From NCBI GenBank assembly GCA_937890445.1, contig CALACD010000176.1, forward strand, positions 1 to 39,063: DNA of 39,063 nucleotides, in the 5' to 3' direction. Under the pieces are notes generated by a model. That model worked only from the letters and a program-made list of their open reading frames with translations. It did no database searches and had not been told where the DNA came from. A program made the position numbers and the translations under genes. Position 1 is the first letter of the stretch. Every line of letters begins with the position of its first letter. The stretch is from an uncultured Acidimicrobiia bacterium (GTDB lineage: Bacteria > Actinomycetota > Acidimicrobiia > Acidimicrobiales > SZUA-35). Below are positions 35,859 through 39,063 of the stretch, piece after piece.

Positions 35859-37156
35859 CGACGATCGACCCCGACGCGCACACGAAGCTCATCCTTCGTG
35901 ACGTCCGACTCCTCGAGGCAGATGGAGCATTCGACGTCGCCATGGACGCAGGTTTGATCTCCGCTGTCGGGCCCGTTGGTTCACTGGATTCTCACGCGGC
36001 CGACGAGGTCGATGCCGAGGGTCGTCTGTGCACTGCGGCATTCGTCGATGGCCACGTCCACCTGGACAAGAGCTACCTCTCCGAACTGCCCGGTTTCGCA
36101 GGAAAGGTAGGAGCCGAGTTCTTCGATGAGCTTGCGAAGTTCAAGGCATCGACCGGGCCCGAAGGTGGGCCTGCCACCGTCATGGACCGAATGCGGCGAG
36201 CCGCTCACAACGTCATCCTGAACGGCACCGGCACGCTCCGGGCACAGATCGACGTCGACCCGATCGTAGGCTTGGCGCACCTCGATGCGGCGCTCGCCCT
36301 GCGCGAGGAACTGGCCCCACTGCTGCGGCTTCAGATCGTGGTGTTCCCCCAAGAGGGTCTGGTCGGCAATCCAGCGGCTGCGGAACTCGTGGAAGAAGCG
36401 CTGCACCGGGGAGCGGACGTGATGGGTGGCGCTCATGGGTTCGACCGTTCGGCGACGAGCACGGACCACTACGAGGCTTGCTTCGAGTTGGCGGCCCGTC
36501 ATGACGTCGACATTGATCTCCATCTTGACTTCGATGCCACGCCCGAGTGGCCACTGGAAACGTGGGACATCTGGCAGGTCGCTCGGCTCACACGAGAGCG
36601 CGGCTGGCAGGGCAGGGTCACCGTCGCTCATCTCACGCAACATGGGCAACTCGACCCCGCCGGCCGAGAGGCGCTGGCAGCACTGCTCGTCGACAACAAC
36701 ATTGCCCTGACCGTCGTGCCAGGAGCAGAACTCCACGGTGCGAGGTTCTGGACCGAAGTTCCGCTCGACGACGTCGGTGCTGCGACGGCTGGCTACGGAG
36801 AACTCGTCGAGCGCGGTGTACAGCTGTCCTACGCAGGAGGTCATCTGGCCGATGCCTTCAATCCCTTCGGCGACGGCGATCTACTCCGCGATGGGCTTCT
36901 TCTCAGCGCCGCCCGCAACCTCGGCGACCCGTGCGTGGGGGGGTGTCACATCCTGACGCTGGGAACGACGACCCCAGCGGCGGCAGCCGGATTGCCCGGT
37001 CCCCACGGGATCGTGCCCGGCGCCTTGGCCGACTGCGTCGTGTTCGATGCCTCCGACGCGGACACCGCAGTACGTCATCAGGCCGATCGATGGCTCGTCA
37101 TCCACCATGGGCGACCTGTCGCCACGACCCGCACAACAAAGGAGCTCTTGTCATGA
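35855..37156 (+). CDS. Cytosine/creatinine deaminase (CodA)-like amidohydrolase
   Basis: GTG 35855 (GTGA overlap); FVDGHVHLDKS, QIVVFPQEG, DIDLHLD, GRVTVAH, FNPFGDGDLL, GALAD. Confidence 0.85.
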   Translation: MTTIDPDAHTKLILRDVRLLEADGAFDVAMDAGLISAVGPVGSLDSHAADEVDAEGRLCTAAFVDGHVHLDKSYLSELPGFAGKVGAEFFDELAKFKASTGPEGGPATVMDRMRRAAHNVILNGTGTLRAQIDVDPIVGLAHLDAALALREELAPLLRLQIVVFPQEGLVGNPAAAELVEEALHRGADVMGGAHGFDRSATSTDHYEACFELAARHDVDIDLHLDFDATPEWPLETWDIWQVARLTRERGWQGRVTVAHLTQHGQLDPAGREALAALLVDNNIALTVVPGAELHGARFWTEVPLDDVGAATAGYGELVERGVQLSYAGGHLADAFNPFGDGDLLRDGLLLSAARNLGDPCVGGCHILTLGTTTPAAAAGLPGPHGIVPGALADCVVFDASDADTAVRHQADRWLVIHHGRPVATTRTTKELLS

Positions 37157-38388
37157 CCCTGTTTCCCGAGCACGGACTGAGCCGGTCCGAGATCGAAGCG
37201 GCCCTCGATGCAGCGTCGGTTGACCACGATGCGCTGCGAGGCGGGCCAGCAAGCTTCTCGTTGGAAGTCGACGAAGACTTACAGGGAGTGATCCTGCATG
37301 CCTTCGGTCGATTCCTCACACACAACGCCGTTTTCGGTGAGAGCCTTCCTTCGCTCTCCACCATGGAGGCCGAGCTGATCGCCATGGCAGTGGAGATCCT
37401 TCGTGGCGGCCCGGAGGCCACGGGGTTCGTCACCCTCGGTGGAAGCGAGAGCATCTTCACCGCACTCCATGGTGCCAGGACGAGAGCACGATCTCGGGGT
37501 CACGGCCCGGTCTACGAGGTGGTCTGCCCGGAAACCATCCATCCGGCGTTCGCGAAGGCATGCCACTACCTCGGTCTCGATCTGGTAGCGATTCCGCCCG
37601 GCGAGGATCTACGTGCCGACGTCGCGGCCATGGAACGAGCCTGCGGGCCAGCCACCATCGCAATGTGCGGCTCGGCCCCGCAATGGCCACATCATCGCTT
37701 CGACGAAATCGGGGCGCTCGCCGCGGTGGCTGTCGAGAAGGATCTGTGGTTCCACGTCGATGCGTGTGTCGGTGGTTACCTCGCTCCGTTCGTCGCCGAG
37801 GCCGGCTGGCCAATTCCCGACTTCGATTTCTCGGTGCCAGGTGTCTGTTCTCTTTCGGCCGACCTCCACAAGTGGGGCTACGCAGCGAAGCCGGCATCGA
37901 CCGTGTTGTTCGCTTCGGAGGAACTCGCCGAGTTCGCGAAGGCCCCAGCCGTCGATTGGGATTGCGGCGTCTATGTCACACCGAGCGTGGCCGGCACGCG
38001 GCCGGGTGCCTCGCTCGCCGCTGCATGGTCCGTCCTTCGCTATCTTGGGCGAGACGGGTTCGTGGAGCTGGCACGACGAACGATGACCGTCAGGGATCGG
38101 CTGGTCGATGGCATCGATGCCATCGACGGGATGTCGAGCAGGTCGACAGATCTAGCCATGGTGATCTACGGGTCTGACACGCTCGACACGATGGCGGTTG
38201 GTGACGCAATGGAGGCGAAGGGCTGGCTCGTCATGCGCCTCATTGCCCCAACGCCTCAGCTCCAGCTCCTGGTCGATCGGTTGAGCGACGAGTTCGTGGA
38301 CGCTTTTCTGGTCGACCTGGAAGCGGCCGTTGCCGAGGTGGCCGCTGGCCGACGGAGTCCCGAGATGCAGCGTGCCAGCGCCTACTGA
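37153..38388 (+). CDS. PLP-dependent group II decarboxylase / sphingosine-1-phosphate lyase-like protein
   Basis: ATG 37153; TLGGSESI, HPAFAKACHYLG, SAPQWP, HVDACVGG, SADLHKWGY (PLP Lys), GTRPG. Confidence 0.87.
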   Translation: MTLFPEHGLSRSEIEAALDAASVDHDALRGGPASFSLEVDEDLQGVILHAFGRFLTHNAVFGESLPSLSTMEAELIAMAVEILRGGPEATGFVTLGGSESIFTALHGARTRARSRGHGPVYEVVCPETIHPAFAKACHYLGLDLVAIPPGEDLRADVAAMERACGPATIAMCGSAPQWPHHRFDEIGALAAVAVEKDLWFHVDACVGGYLAPFVAEAGWPIPDFDFSVPGVCSLSADLHKWGYAAKPASTVLFASEELAEFAKAPAVDWDCGVYVTPSVAGTRPGASLAAAWSVLRYLGRDGFVELARRTMTVRDRLVDGIDAIDGMSSRSTDLAMVIYGSDTLDTMAVGDAMEAKGWLVMRLIAPTPQLQLLVDRLSDEFVDAFLVDLEAAVAEVAAGRRSPEMQRASAY

Positions 38389-38440
38389 CGTGACCGCAGG
38401 ACGCTCACTGACCGGTTGGGTCCCCGATAGTCTCGCGTCT

Positions 38441-39063
38441 GTGACCGAGTCCACGCCTGAAGGCTCTGACTTCTCCCTCACAGACCGGGTGCGGATCGAG
38501 CTTCGGGGTCAGCTGCTGGCCGCGTCGTTTCCGCTGTGGGAACGGCTGACCGAGGCTCGCCTCGCCACCCAGCTCGGGGTGAGTCGGACACCCGTTCGAG
38601 AAGCGCTGCGCCAGCTCGAACGGGAAGAGCTCGTGGTGGTCGACGACAGCGGGAGCTATCGCCCCCGAGTCCCTGAAGTCGGCCACATCCAGAACCTCTA
38701 CTCGGTGCGAGCGCAACTGGAGGAGATGTCGGTCACGCTTGCCTGCGGTCCCGAGCGAGATGGTGACCGGCTGACTCAGCTGGCCAAGTTCTGGGAAGCG
38801 ATCGGGATCGATGACGAACTCGACCCCGAGTACGTGTTCGTCGAAGAGAGCTTTCACCTCGGTCTTGCCGAGATCGGCGGCAACGGTGCACTGGTGGAAG
38901 TCCTGTCGTCCATCAACGACCGAATCCGACTCGCCCGTTCGTTCTCGTTCAACAACCCAGCCAAACGAGGGTTCTCGGTGCGAGAGCATCGACAGATCGT
39001 GCGGATCGTGCAGCAACGTGACGAGACGCAAGCTCGGTCTCGAATCCGTCGCCACATCACCGA
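38441..39063 (+). CDS. GntR family (FCD-domain) transcriptional regulator, partial at window end
   Basis: Absent from the ORF track because it has no stop. GTG 38441 gives ...ERLTEARLATQLGVSRTPVREALRQLEREELV...YSVRAQLE...FH...REHRQIV...RRHI; TAGTCT -10-like hexamer 7 nt upstream. Confidence 0.88.
   Translation, partial: MTESTPEGSDFSLTDRVRIELRGQLLAASFPLWERLTEARLATQLGVSRTPVREALRQLEREELVVVDDSGSYRPRVPEVGHIQNLYSVRAQLEEMSVTLACGPERDGDRLTQLAKFWEAIGIDDELDPEYVFVEESFHLGLAEIGGNGALVEVLSSINDRIRLARSFSFNNPAKRGFSVREHRQIVRIVQQRDETQARSRIRRHIT

Noticed and set aside
38405-39055. 216 aa minus-strand ORF
   Set aside because: Antisense shadow of the GntR gene on the plus strand.

Overview
GC-rich, actinobacterial-looking window (inferred from gene content and apparent leaderless TANNNT promoters) with three blocks. 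(1) 256-19328: an orphan NRPS cluster. It encodes a stand-alone adenylation enzyme plus carrier protein, an ABC exporter, a PPTase, a family-1 glycosyltransferase, and two convergent NRPS genes (C-A*-T-C-A-T-E-COM on the minus strand; C-A-T-TE(dead)-TE on the plus strand). The first A domain has an Asn-type code and is interrupted by a ~335 aa Cys-rich SGGKDS PP-loop domain. This resembles the albicidin AlbIV / cystobactamid CysH (AMDH) insertion, but here it sits in cis in a multimodular NRPS. Hand-read codes suggest starter-(modified Asn)-D-His-beta-Ala. (2) 19500-26200: small regulators and efflux/SRPBCC genes interleaved with four deletion-scarred pseudogenes. (3) 26353-39063: a translationally coupled catabolic operon of unknown substrate (NMT1/THI5-type ABC importer, four amidohydrolases, GGT-family enzyme, M20 peptidase, S1P-lyase-like PLP enzyme) followed by a GntR regulator cut by the window edge. 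No rRNA, tRNA, CRISPR or transposase was recognised. All specificity codes were read by manual alignment and need software confirmation.
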